A DNA stretch of 64,000 bases from the NCBI GenBank assembly GCA_963794325.1, contig CAWCDG010000005.1:96001-160000 (forward strand), read 5' to 3'. The notes beneath the pieces were generated by a model that did not search any database, was not told where the DNA came from, and was given only the letters and a program-made list of their open reading frames with translations. The translations under genes were made by a program, and so were the position numbers. This DNA comes from an uncultured delta proteobacterium (GTDB taxonomy: Bacteria > Desulfobacterota > Binatia > Binatales > Binataceae). Shown piece by piece: positions 51,729 through 61,210 of this stretch. How positions within the stretch are numbered: position 1 is the first letter of the stretch; every line of letters begins with the position of its first letter.

Positions 51729-52013
51729 ATGATCTTTCATCTGCCATCCGCGCTTCGACGATTTGCTCGCGACAACGAGGTCGTCGAGATGCGGCTGCCG
51801 GCCGACGTGCGCATGACGATCAGTGAGGCATTCGTGATGCTCGGGCGCGACTATCCCGCAATCCGCCAGCGCGTGCTCGACGATCAGAACGATATTCGGC
51901 GCCACGTCAACGTATTCGTCAACGGCGAGAATGTGCGCTTCATGCAAGCCGGCCTGACGCAGGTTTCGAATGACTCCGAAGTGTGGATTTACCCGGCGCT
52001 TTCGGGTGGGTGA
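51729..52013 (+). CDS. MoaD/ThiS ubiquitin-like protein
   Basis: VNVFVNGE, C-terminal PALSGG. Confidence 0.92.
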   Translation: MIFHLPSALRRFARDNEVVEMRLPADVRMTISEAFVMLGRDYPAIRQRVLDDQNDIRRHVNVFVNGENVRFMQAGLTQVSNDSEVWIYPALSGG

Positions 52014-52094
52014 TTGTCGATCTGGGGATCGGTCGAACGACTATATAGCAGGCGATGATAAATTTCGGTCAAGGAAAACAGTGAGGACAGTCTA

Positions 52095-52343
52095 ATGCGA
52101 GTCAGCAGACATCACCTGGGGGTCGGGTTCGAGGTGTGGACCGCGCAACAGAGCTGGTTCTGGTTCGTGGAAAATACCAATCGCAACGGCATGATTGGGG
52201 CCGCCGCGACCGAGTCCGACGCGATCCGCGACGCCGAGTCGTCGATCGAAGAGATTTCCAATTCGAATGCGCGTCCCGGATGGGAATGCTCGCTCGGCAA
52301 GCTCGCGCGCTATCTAGCTTCGGTCTGCGACACGATCGCGTAA
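52095..52343 (+). CDS. Hypothetical protein (HicB-like N-terminus, SRPBCC-like C-terminal helix)
   Basis: GAGG RBS; AATESDAIRDAESSIEE; GWECSLGKLARYLA. Confidence 0.7.
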   Translation: MRVSRHHLGVGFEVWTAQQSWFWFVENTNRNGMIGAAATESDAIRDAESSIEEISNSNARPGWECSLGKLARYLASVCDTIA

Positions 52344-52354
52344 TCGCCTGCGCG

Positions 52355-52385
52355 GCGGGCGGCAGGGGTGACCCCTGCACCCAGT
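52355..52385. repeat. Family 3 repeat core
   Basis: gcggcaggggtgacccctgcacccagt. Confidence 0.8.
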
Positions 52386-52447
52386 GTGAAAGCGAAAAAC
52401 GCAAAGTTGCGCGAGGCGCGCAACTTTGCTCTTAGGGAGTTGGAGAA

Positions 52448-53332
52448 ATGCAAAATCCGCAGGAATATTACAAGGGCACTGGACCAATGACAGCTCTGGG
52501 AGCGCATGCGGACGAATTCCGAGCTCTGCCCAGAGACCTCGCGTCGCTATGCGAAATCGTGCAAGGCGTGCTGATTCATCGGGACATCGCGCCCTGGCTG
52601 TACGGCATCACGCTAACCGAAGCGCAACGCGACGACGGGCACCTTCGCCCAATCGCGCAAATGTTGACGCGCATTCATGAACTCGATTCGCGGCCACTCG
52701 CGACTGCGCGCGATGTCGGTCATCGCCTGCCCAGCGTCTGTCGTCATTTCTCGCTGATGCTGTCCGCGATACTCCAGTATCAGGGAATTCCCGCGCGACC
52801 GCGATGCGGCTTCGGCGCGTACTTCACCCCGGGCAAGTTCGAAGACCATTGGGTATGCGAGTATTGGAACGCCATCGAGAAGCGCTGGATTTTAGTGGAC
52901 GCGCAGCTCGACGCAATTCAGCGCAAAGCTCTCAACATCGATTTCAATCCGCTCGATACGGCGCGCAACAAGTTCATCATCGCGGGCGACGCATGGCAGA
53001 TGTGCCGCTCCGGCCTCGCCGAACCGGCTGCATTCGGCCTCACACATGCCCACTTGCAGGGATTGTGGTTCGTCGCGGGCAACGTGCTGCGCGACCTGGC
53101 CTCGCTCAACAAAATGGAACTGCTGCCATGGGACGTCTGGGGCTTGATGAATATGAACGACGAGGCAATCACCGCAGAGAAGAAGGCCCTGCTAGATCGC
53201 GTCGCCGCACTAACGCTAGCAGGCGACGAGTCGTTCGCGGAGGTGCGTGCAATCTACGACGACGATCGCCTGCGCGTCCCGCCCGTGGTCTTCAACGCGC
53301 TGCGCAACGCGCAGGAACCGATCACAAGCTGA
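52448..53332 (+). CDS. Transglutaminase-like domain protein
   Basis: Cys (VCRHF), His (DHWVCEYW), Asp (WILVDAQ) triad; GGAG RBS. Confidence 0.88.
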   Translation: MQNPQEYYKGTGPMTALGAHADEFRALPRDLASLCEIVQGVLIHRDIAPWLYGITLTEAQRDDGHLRPIAQMLTRIHELDSRPLATARDVGHRLPSVCRHFSLMLSAILQYQGIPARPRCGFGAYFTPGKFEDHWVCEYWNAIEKRWILVDAQLDAIQRKALNIDFNPLDTARNKFIIAGDAWQMCRSGLAEPAAFGLTHAHLQGLWFVAGNVLRDLASLNKMELLPWDVWGLMNMNDEAITAEKKALLDRVAALTLAGDESFAEVRAIYDDDRLRVPPVVFNALRNAQEPITS

Positions 53333-53420
53333 GAATTAACCCGAGGCATCGATTCGATGGATCGTGTGAAGGATTCGCAGCACCCTCACCTACGGGCCGC
53401 GATGCGGCCGGCCGCTGGCA

Positions 53421-53503
53421 TTGGTGGTACAGGCTTTAGCCTGTGATTTTTCTCGTCCATGCAGATCCAGGAAAGAATCACAGGCTAAAGCCTGTGCCAC
53501 CAA
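53421..53503. repeat. Family 4 nested-palindrome REP doublet
   Basis: ttggtggtacaggctttagcctgtgatt ... aatcacaggctaaagcctgtgccaccaa (28-bp arms, one mismatch). Confidence 0.88.
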
Positions 53504-53549
53504 GATAAGGAACCTGAGAGCAAAATGGCGTCCTCGCCATTTTGCGATT

Positions 53550-53611
53550 AATACTAAGGTGCAGGGCTTAGCCCTGCCGAAGGAAGCGTGAAACCCACCG
53601 CAGGTTTCACA
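53550..53611. repeat. Family 3 repeat variant
   Basis: ggtgcagggcttagccctgccgaaggaagcgtgaaacccaccgcaggtttcac, matching 41439-41491. Confidence 0.8.
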
Positions 53612-53674
53612 TTCAATCAAGTTCCTCAGCTAACGCGGCGACTTGGCCGAGACCTGGCTCTCTCCTCTGCTATC

Positions 53675-55184
53675 TCACCGACCGCCTGCTGGCGCGGGCG
53701 CTGCCGGGCGCGTCGGCTTTGGCATGTGGATGTAGAGCTGCTCGTTCGTTGGACGGCCGTCGGTATGCATCGACGGCGGGCGCATCGAGTACTTCACTTC
53801 GCGCGCGTGCTCGGCCAGCTGGCGGTCCGGGATTGTATACACTGTTGAACTTCCACAGCATCTTGATGAAGTTGGTCTGCCCCTTCAGCGCGAGCTTGCC
53901 CGCGATCGACGCCACCGACTTCAGCGCCGCGAACCCCAGGTGCTTGCGATTCAGCACGTCCTGGGTCTTCACCAGCTCCTGGTAGAACTGCAGCAGCGGC
54001 AGCTTGGTCGGCAGCACCGCATGCTGAATGTCGTAGAGCCGGTAGTCGAGCGTCGTCAGCTTGCGCGATTCGGTGAACCACAGCTCGGTGCCGGGATACG
54101 GCGTCGCGACCGTCAGATGCACGATCTCCGGGATGCTCATCGCCCATTCGCGAATCACTTCGAAGCGCTTCACGTCCCACGACGGGTCCGCGATGAGGTT
54201 GATCGCAACGGTCAGCCCTATTTCGCGCGCGACTTCGAGCGCCTTGAAATTCACGCCCATCGACGATCGCTTGCGATGCAGCTTCAGCCCTTCCTCGTCG
54301 ATCGCTTCGAGCCCGAGGAACATGTACTCCATGCCGAGCTTGCGCCAGTAGCGAAACACTTCCGGATTGCGGCACAGCACGTCGGCGCGAGTCTCGAGGT
54401 AGTACTGTTTTTTGATTTTGCGCTTTTCGATTTCGTGGCCAATCGCGAAGCCATGCTCGGGATGGATAAACGCGACGTCGTCGACGATGAAGACGTTGGG
54501 TTCTTTGATCGACAGCATGTCTTCGGCCGCGGCCTCGGGCGTCGATTTGCGATAGCTGCGACCGTAAAACGTCCACGCGCTGCAGAATGAGCAATCCCAC
54601 GGGCATCCGCGGGTGAATTCGATCGATGCGCACGGATCGAGCACGCCGATAAAATATTTGTTGCGCCGACGCCCAAGATCGCGCGCCGGAAAAAACTTGT
54701 CGAGATCGTCGAGCATCACCGGCGTCGGCCCCGACCCTTGCGTCGTCAGCACGCCCGGAACCTTGCCGATTGAGCCGGTGCCGATCGCGTCGAGCAGCAT
54801 CGGCGTCGCCGTCTCGCCTTCGCCGCGGATAACCGCGTCGATCGCACCGTCCGCATGCTCGAGGATTTCGTCGGCGACAAACGACCCGCTGTGCCCGCCG
54901 GTGAAGACGAAGCAGTCCTTCATCACGCGCTTCACGTCCTTGGCGAGATCGATCACCTCGGGCACGTTGGCGAGATAGTTGAGCGAAAACCCGACCGCAT
55001 TCGGCTTGAAGCTCTCGAGCTCGGCAAACAGATCGCGATGCTTGAAAATTTGCAGGTCGATAATCCGCACGTCGTGGCCGGCCGCGCGCGTCGCCGCCGC
55101 CACCCGCTCCATGCCGAGCGGTTCGAGCCGCAGATAAATCTCGCTGTACATAAGCGGACTTGGATGTACGAATAGGATCCGCAT
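53675..55184 (-). CDS. hpnR: Hopanoid C-3 methylase (B12-dependent radical SAM), frameshift at ~53830
   Basis: HPSPLMYSEIYLRLEPLG, FSLNYLANVPE, RGCPWDCSFCSAW; C-terminal ..QLYIH.. in shifted frame ending at 53675. Confidence 0.88.
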
Positions 55185-55464
55185 TAATTTTCCTCCAGTG
55201 CCTCGACTCTCCAGCCGGCGACACCTTCATGCAATTCGCTAATCTTCGGTCGCAACAATCCTCGCCTGACCAATCGGCCAGCCTGGATCAAAAGCATCCT
55301 AATATTCCCGTCGAGTCAATGAAATAGCATCGCGAGCCTCGAACCGCAGTTCGCGGGAAGGGGGACCGGATTGAGGACTTCGGCCTTGACACGCGCGCTC
55401 GCTCGCCGGAGTTTGGCTTTGAGCTTTTGAACTCCAAACCCGGAAGAAGATATTCGGAGAAATC

Positions 55465-56479
55465 ATGCAGTACTCGAAACTCGGAAAGACCGGAATCACC
55501 GTCTCGCGCATCTGCCTCGGATGCATGAGCTATGGCGACAAGAAATGGCGCGACTGGGTGCTCACGATGGACGAGGCTCGCGATCATTTCGCAGCCGCGG
55601 TCGAGTCGGGGATCAATTTCTTCGACACGGCTGACGTCTATTCGCAAGGCGTAAGCGAGGAGATCACCGGGCGATGGCTCGGCGAGATGGCGAAGCGCCA
55701 TGAGATCGTCGTCGCAACCAAAGTTCATGGGCCGATGGCGTCGGGACTGAATCGCGCGGGCCTCAGCCGCAAACATATTCTCGAAGCATGCGACGCCTCA
55801 TTGCGCCGCCTCAAGACGGATTTCATCGACCTGTATCAAATCCATCGATGGGACTACACGACGCCGATCGAGGAAACGCTTGAGGGGCTCGACTCATTGG
55901 TTCGCGCCGGTAAGGTGCGCTATCTCGGCGCCAGCTCGATGGCGGCATGGCAGTTCGCCAAGGCGCTCGCGCTGCAGAAGGAAAACGGATGGCACCGATT
56001 CGTCTCGATGCAGAACCATTACAACCTCGTCTATCGCGAGGAGGAGCGCGAGATGAATCCGCTGTGCATCGACAGCGGCGTCGGTCTGATTCCATGGAGC
56101 CCGCTCGCGCGCGGATTCCTGGCGGGCAATCGGGAAAAAGGCGGCAGCGGGCCGACGGCGCGCGCCAAGACAGGACGACTTCGCCAAGAACATGTATTTC
56201 CGCGAGTACGACTTCGAAGTGCTGAGCGTCGTCGAGCAGATCGCGAAGGAGCGGAGCATCACGCCGTCGCAGGTCGCATGCGCATGGATCCTGCAGGCGC
56301 CTGGAGTCAGCGCGCCGATAATCGGCGCCACGAAGATCGCGCATCTGAAGGAGGCGATCGCGGCGGCCGATGTGAAACTCACGCCTCAGGAAGTCGAGGC
56401 GTTGGAGAAACCGTACCGGCCGCATCCGATTCTGGGGCACGAGCAGCCGAAGCCGTCGCGGATGGCGCAGGCACGATGA
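55465..56479 (+). CDS. Aldo/keto reductase, frameshift at ~56170
   Basis: FFDTADVY, ATK, IDLYQIH, MQNHYNL, PWSPLARG; APIIGATK in shifted frame. Confidence 0.9.
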
Positions 56480-56521
56480 AGCTTGCGAATCACTTACCTC
56501 CGCAGCGACCGACTCCCCTAA

Positions 56522-56575
56522 AATCCGGTCCCCCTTCCCGTTCGGGAAGGGGTTAGGGGTTAGGTTGTTCGCATC
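56522..56575. repeat. REP-like family 1 copy (forward)
   Basis: aatccggtcccccttcccgttcgggaaggggttaggggttaggttgttcgcatc. Confidence 0.9.
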
Positions 56576-56612
56576 AATCGCGGCCTCCTTTTTCGCGAAC
56601 TAAGCTCACCCG

Positions 56613-57219
56613 GTGGAAACAGACCTTAAAGCATTACTTGAAGTTGCGCAGGCGATGGGAAATCTGCGCGCGCCCTTCTATTTCTCGGGCGGATGGGCGA
56701 TCGATCTGCATCTCGGGCGCGTCACGCGGGCGCATCACGATATCGATGTGCTGGTGATGCGGCGCGATCATCTCGAACTGCACAAAGCGCTGAAACAATT
56801 TTCACTGAAAAAGATCATTCCGCATCCGGATGGGATGCCGCCGAATCGTGGGACGACTGTCGGATGGCCTCCCGGCGAGCGGCTCGAACTGCCGGTACAT
56901 CAGATCAATGCGTATCGCGCGGGCGAATCGGAGCCGGCGTTCCAGGTGATGCTCGCGGAGTCGTCGGACAACGAATGGATCTTTCGGCGCAATCCGGAAA
57001 TTCGGATGCCGATCGCGCGGATGGGATTTTATCCGCTGTGGGGGCTGCCGTATCTCGCGCCGGAAATCGTGCTGCTGTTCAAGGCGAAGCATCTCGAAGC
57101 GCGCGATCGAATCGATTTCAAGAATGCGGTTACCGGCGCTGAGCATCGACGCGCGGCGATGGTTGCGCGAAGCAATCGAGAGAACGCATCCGGGTCACGA
57201 ATGGATTAACGCTCTCTAG
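56613..57219 (+). CDS. Nucleotidyltransferase, ANT(2'')/Lnu-like superfamily, frameshift at ~57129
   Basis: GGWAID..LG..TR.H.DID, LAPEIVLLFKAK; shifted frame ends HPGHEWINAL*. Confidence 0.8.
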
Positions 57220-57237
57220 CAACGATGGAGAGGTGAA

Positions 57238-57651
57238 ATGGAAATCAACGGTGTGGCGCATGTGATCCTCACGGTCAGCAACTTCGAGGCGTGCTATCCG
57301 TTCTATGAAAAGTTGCTCACGTACCTGGGGATGAAGCCGGTGATGCAAGGCGAGCAGATGCTGTACTGCGTTGGCGGACGGACCGCGGTGGGAATCATGA
57401 GATGCGATGATGCGTACCGCGCGGAGAGGTTCGAGCAGCGGCGCATCGGGCTGCATCACGTGTGTCTGCGTGCTCGCGAGCGCGGCGACGTCGATGAGAT
57501 TTACGGATTTCTGAAGACGATGGGCGCGAAGATTGTGCATCCGCCGGAAGATGGTCCGTGGGCGCCGGGGTATTATTCGGTACTGTTTGAGGATCCTGAT
57601 GGGATTCGGATTGAGGTGAATCATGTGCCGGGGAAGGGGTTGCTGACGTGA
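57238..57651 (+). CDS. VOC/glyoxalase family protein
   Basis: HVILTV, GLHHVC, GYYSVLFEDPDGIRIE. Confidence 0.9.
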   Translation: MEINGVAHVILTVSNFEACYPFYEKLLTYLGMKPVMQGEQMLYCVGGRTAVGIMRCDDAYRAERFEQRRIGLHHVCLRARERGDVDEIYGFLKTMGAKIVHPPEDGPWAPGYYSVLFEDPDGIRIEVNHVPGKGLLT

Positions 57652-57690
57652 GGCGCCGTGCCCGCGGCGTGGCCAGTCCGCGCATGCTTT

Positions 57691-57744
57691 TGCGAACGAT
57701 CCGAACAACCTAACCCTAACCCCTTCCCTCGAGGGAAGGGGGAC
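57691..57744. repeat. REP-like family 1 copy (reverse)
   Basis: tgcgaacgatccgaacaacctaaccctaaccccttccctcgagggaagggggac. Confidence 0.88.
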
Positions 57745-57762
57745 AATCGCGGCGAGAAGTTC

Positions 57763-57826
57763 TGCAACCTGTAGGTTGCATGTCGTCGCGGATCACGCTA
57801 TTTTAAACGCAACTTGGAGGTTGCGT
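57763..57826 (+). promoter_or_regulatory. Two GCAAC-N6-GTTGC palindromes (probable ArsR operators)
   Basis: tgcaacct-gt-aggttgca (57763-57780) and acgcaac-ttggag-gttgcgt (57807-57826, covering the RBS). Confidence 0.7.
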
Positions 57827-58327
57827 ATGGGTAGCAGCACTGATCGGATTGAGAAGAGTGTACTGTTGCGGGCGCCGCGGGAGCGGGTTTGGCGGGCGAT
57901 TAGCGACTCGAAGCAGTTCGGCAGTTGGTTTGGCGTCGAGTTCGACGCGCCTTTCGTCGCGGGCAAGGCCATTGTTGGAAAGTTGGTTGGGACGACCGTG
58001 GACGCGGAAGTCGCGAAGCGGCAGGAAGCATACAAAGGGCATCGTTTCGAGTTCGTGGTCGATCGGGTCGAGCCGACGCGGCTGTTCTCCTTTCGATGGC
58101 ATCCGTTTGCGATGGATTCAAGCGTCGATTACTCGAAAGAGCCGAGCACATTGGTCGCGTTCGTGCTCGAAGAGGTTGAGGACGGCACGATGCTGACCGT
58201 TACCGAATCGGGGTTCGATCGGATTCCGATCGAGCGGCGCGCCAAAGCATTTGCCGCCAACGAAGGCGGATGGGCGGCGCAGATGAAGCTGATCGAGAAG
58301 TACCTCGCGATGCACGCGCAGGGCTGA
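57827..58327 (+). CDS. SRPBCC domain protein
   Basis: DRIEK...APRERVWRA, FSFRWHP, LTVTESGF, N.GGW; GGAGG RBS. Confidence 0.92.
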   Translation: MGSSTDRIEKSVLLRAPRERVWRAISDSKQFGSWFGVEFDAPFVAGKAIVGKLVGTTVDAEVAKRQEAYKGHRFEFVVDRVEPTRLFSFRWHPFAMDSSVDYSKEPSTLVAFVLEEVEDGTMLTVTESGFDRIPIERRAKAFAANEGGWAAQMKLIEKYLAMHAQG

Positions 58328-58337
58328 GCTGCCGATC

Positions 58338-58691
58338 GTGACACGACTCTCGATTGGCAGCCAAGCGAAACGGGCAGACGCCGCGGCGATCTTCGCGGCG
58401 CTGGGCGACGAGACTCGTTTGCGGATCGTCGCCCGGCTCTGCGAGGAGGGACCGCTGTCGATCATGCGGCTCACCAGCGGAGCGAAGGTCTCGCGCCAGG
58501 CGGTCACGAAGCATCTTCATGCACTCGAAGAGGCCGGGCTCGCGCGCGGCTCGCGGCTGGGACGAACATCCGTCTGGGAGCTGCGTGCGAATCGGCTCGC
58601 GAGTGTGCAGCGGTATCTCGATCAGATTTCGCGCGACTGGGATGCGGCGTTGGGACGGCTGCGGGCGTTTGTCGAGGAAGACGAGCGGTGA
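58338..58691 (+). CDS. ArsR/SmtB family regulator
   Basis: FAALGDETRL, SRQAVTKHL..LE.AGL. Confidence 0.92.
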   Translation: MTRLSIGSQAKRADAAAIFAALGDETRLRIVARLCEEGPLSIMRLTSGAKVSRQAVTKHLHALEEAGLARGSRLGRTSVWELRANRLASVQRYLDQISRDWDAALGRLRAFVEEDER

Positions 58692-58881
58692 TGAAGATTC
58701 GTGGCATGGAAGGAATTGCCTCGCCCACTGCGGGGAGGTGTCACAGACACGCGGCCGCGCTTCCAGCGCGGGTGAGGGACCGAATTTTTCCGGATTCCAG
58801 ATGTGCGGCGCACAGAAAATCGCGCCGCACAATGTCCCTCACCCTAACCCCCTCCTCTCGTGGGGCGAAGGAACCAGCAAG

Positions 58882-58915
58882 AAAAGGGCCGGACGTGGTT
58901 TGCGTCCGGCCCTTT
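58882..58915. terminator. Intrinsic terminator
   Basis: aaagggccggacg-loop-cgtccggcccttt downstream of hppA. Confidence 0.85.
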
Positions 58916-58936
58916 GTTGAACAGAGTTTGAATCGC

Positions 58937-61210
58937 TTACGCGGCTTGCTTGGTTTCGATTGCCAGGCTCTCTTCCGCGATCGATCCGCGCTTCGAGAAC
59001 AATACCGCGATCGCCAGCGCGATGATCGACACGACCACGATTGCGACGCGCAACGTCGTCACGCCGCTGAGCTCGATCGTCGTGAACGGCGCCGCCAGAA
59101 TCGCAACCAGGTTCATCACCTTGATCATCGGGTTCAACGCCGGGCCCGCCGTATCCTTGAACGGATCGCCGACCGTGTCGCCCACCACCGACGCCTTGTG
59201 CACGTCGGTGCCCTTGCCGCCGAGGAAACCGTCTTCGACTTTTTTCTTGGCGTTATCCCAGTTGGCACCCGCATTCGACATGAACACCGCCATCAACTGG
59301 CCCGTCAGGATGGTGCCGCCGAGGAATCCACCGAGCGCGCCCGCGCCGAGGCCGAAGCCGACCAGCAGCGGCGAGAAGATTGCGAGGATTCCGGGGCCGA
59401 GCAGTTCTTTCTGCGACGCCGCCGTCACGATATCGACACACGCGCTGTAGTCGGGCAGCTCTTTGCCCTCCATGATTCCCGGATGCTCGCGAAGCTGACG
59501 GCGCACCTCGAACACGATCTGATACGCCGCGCGGCTGACCGCTTTAATCGCGAACGAGCTGAACAGGAACGGCACCGCGCCGCCGATCATCAGGCCGACG
59601 AACACGGTCGGCATATTGATCTGCACGCCAATCGATCCGAGATGCGCCTCATCTATAAACGACCGGAACAGCGAGACCGCCGCAAGCACCGCCGTGGCAA
59701 TCGCGAGGCCCTTGGTAAGCGCCTTGGTGGTGTTGCCAATCGCGTCCATCCACGACAGCGTCTTCGACGCCTCCTCCTGATGGATTCCGGCCATCTCGAA
59801 GATGCCATGCGCGTTGTCGGTGATCGGTCCGTAGGTATCCATCGCGAGGATGTAGCCCGTGGTCGTCAGCAGGCCGAGTCCGGTCAGCGCGATTCCGTAA
59901 AACTGCAGCGCGAGCGACTCGTGGAAAATCGCCATCGCGCCGATGATCGCGGCCGCAATCACCAGCAGCGCCCACACCGACGACTCGAGTCCCTCCGCCA
60001 TGCCCGACAGGATCAATGTCGCCGGGCCGGTCCGCGCCGCCATCGCGGTCTCCGTGACCGGGCCCTTGTCCGGATGCGTAAAATAGTTCGTCAGCCACAG
60101 CGTCACGACCGCGAGAAGAATTCCGAGCGACGCGCAGCATGCGAAGCGCCAGTCGGTCGCTCCGGTGCGCGGGTCGTCGAGGTAAAGATAGTTCACGACG
60201 AAGAATCCAATCACCGATGCGACCGCCGAGGTCATGTACCCAATATTGATCGGGCGCATCGGGTCGAGCATTTTGCCCGCCGGTACGCGCACCGCCATGA
60301 TTCCGATAATCGACGAGAACACGCCGACGCCGCGCAGTATCAGCGCGAACATGATCAGCTTGACCGCGAACATGCCCGCGTATTGCCCGTAGGCCGCGAT
60401 AAAGTCCGACTCCTGCAGCGCGTACGCCGCCAGAATGATCGCCGCGACCAGCGTCACCTCGTACGACTCGAACACGTCAGCCGCCATGCCAGCGCAGTCG
60501 CCGACGTTGTCGCCAACGTTATCGGCGATCGTCGCGGGATTGCGCGGGTCATCCTCCGGTAGATCCTGCTCGATCTTGCCGACCAGGTCGCCGCCTACGT
60601 CAGCCGCCTTGGTGTAGATTCCGCCGCCGACGCGCATGAACAATGCCGCCAGCGATCCACCGAAGCCGAAGCCGACCAGGACCTTCATCGCGTTCTCGCG
60701 GAAGACCAAAAAGATGATGGTCGCGCCGAGCAATCCCAGCCCAACCGTGAACATGCCCGAGACGCCGCCCGCCTTGAATGCGAGTTCCATCGCGTCCTTG
60801 AAGCTGGTGAGCGCGGCGTTGGCGCTGCGGACGTTGCCCTTGACCGCGAGCCACATCCCGACGTAGCCGGCGCCGTATGATGCGGCGACACCCATCAGGA
60901 ATGCAATCGAGATTCCCAGCGGCAGGTACAGGCCCTGGTAAACGTTGCGGTACATGAAAAAGAGCGCGAAAAAAATCGCGCCGACGAACCAGATCATGGT
61001 TTTGACCTGGCGTCCGAGGTAGGCCATCGCGCCGACCTCGATCGCATCGGACACGTCGGTCAGTGATTTAGGTCCGGGGTCGGCGGCCAGCACTACGCGG
61101 ATCAACACGACACCGTAGGCCAGCGCGACCAGCGCCGAGACCAGCACCAGCCACAGGATCATGACCTGTCCGCTGGTTAAAGTGGGCAGAACGATATTCG
61201 CTTCGCTCAT
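58937..61210 (-). CDS. hppA: Membrane ion-translocating pyrophosphatase, K+-independent type
   Basis: GGGIYTKAADVG.DLVGK.E, DNVGDNVGD, GNTTKA, GDTVGDPFKD. Confidence 0.95.
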   Translation of the reverse strand: MSEANIVLPTLTSGQVMILWLVLVSALVALAYGVVLIRVVLAADPGPKSLTDVSDAIEVGAMAYLGRQVKTMIWFVGAIFFALFFMYRNVYQGLYLPLGISIAFLMGVAASYGAGYVGMWLAVKGNVRSANAALTSFKDAMELAFKAGGVSGMFTVGLGLLGATIIFLVFRENAMKVLVGFGFGGSLAALFMRVGGGIYTKAADVGGDLVGKIEQDLPEDDPRNPATIADNVGDNVGDCAGMAADVFESYEVTLVAAIILAAYALQESDFIAAYGQYAGMFAVKLIMFALILRGVGVFSSIIGIMAVRVPAGKMLDPMRPINIGYMTSAVASVIGFFVVNYLYLDDPRTGATDWRFACCASLGILLAVVTLWLTNYFTHPDKGPVTETAMAARTGPATLILSGMAEGLESSVWALLVIAAAIIGAMAIFHESLALQFYGIALTGLGLLTTTGYILAMDTYGPITDNAHGIFEMAGIHQEEASKTLSWMDAIGNTTKALTKGLAIATAVLAAVSLFRSFIDEAHLGSIGVQINMPTVFVGLMIGGAVPFLFSSFAIKAVSRAAYQIVFEVRRQLREHPGIMEGKELPDYSACVDIVTAASQKELLGPGILAIFSPLLVGFGLGAGALGGFLGGTILTGQLMAVFMSNAGANWDNAKKKVEDGFLGGKGTDVHKASVVGDTVGDPFKDTAGPALNPMIKVMNLVAILAAPFTTIELSGVTTLRVAIVVVSIIALAIAVLFSKRGSIAEESLAIETKQAA

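Noticed and set aside
58705-58880. Structured ncRNA between ArsR and hppA
   Set aside because: Looks like degenerate family-1-related hairpins (ccctcaccctaacc..., cctcgccc...ggggagg); no recognisable riboswitch or tRNA features.
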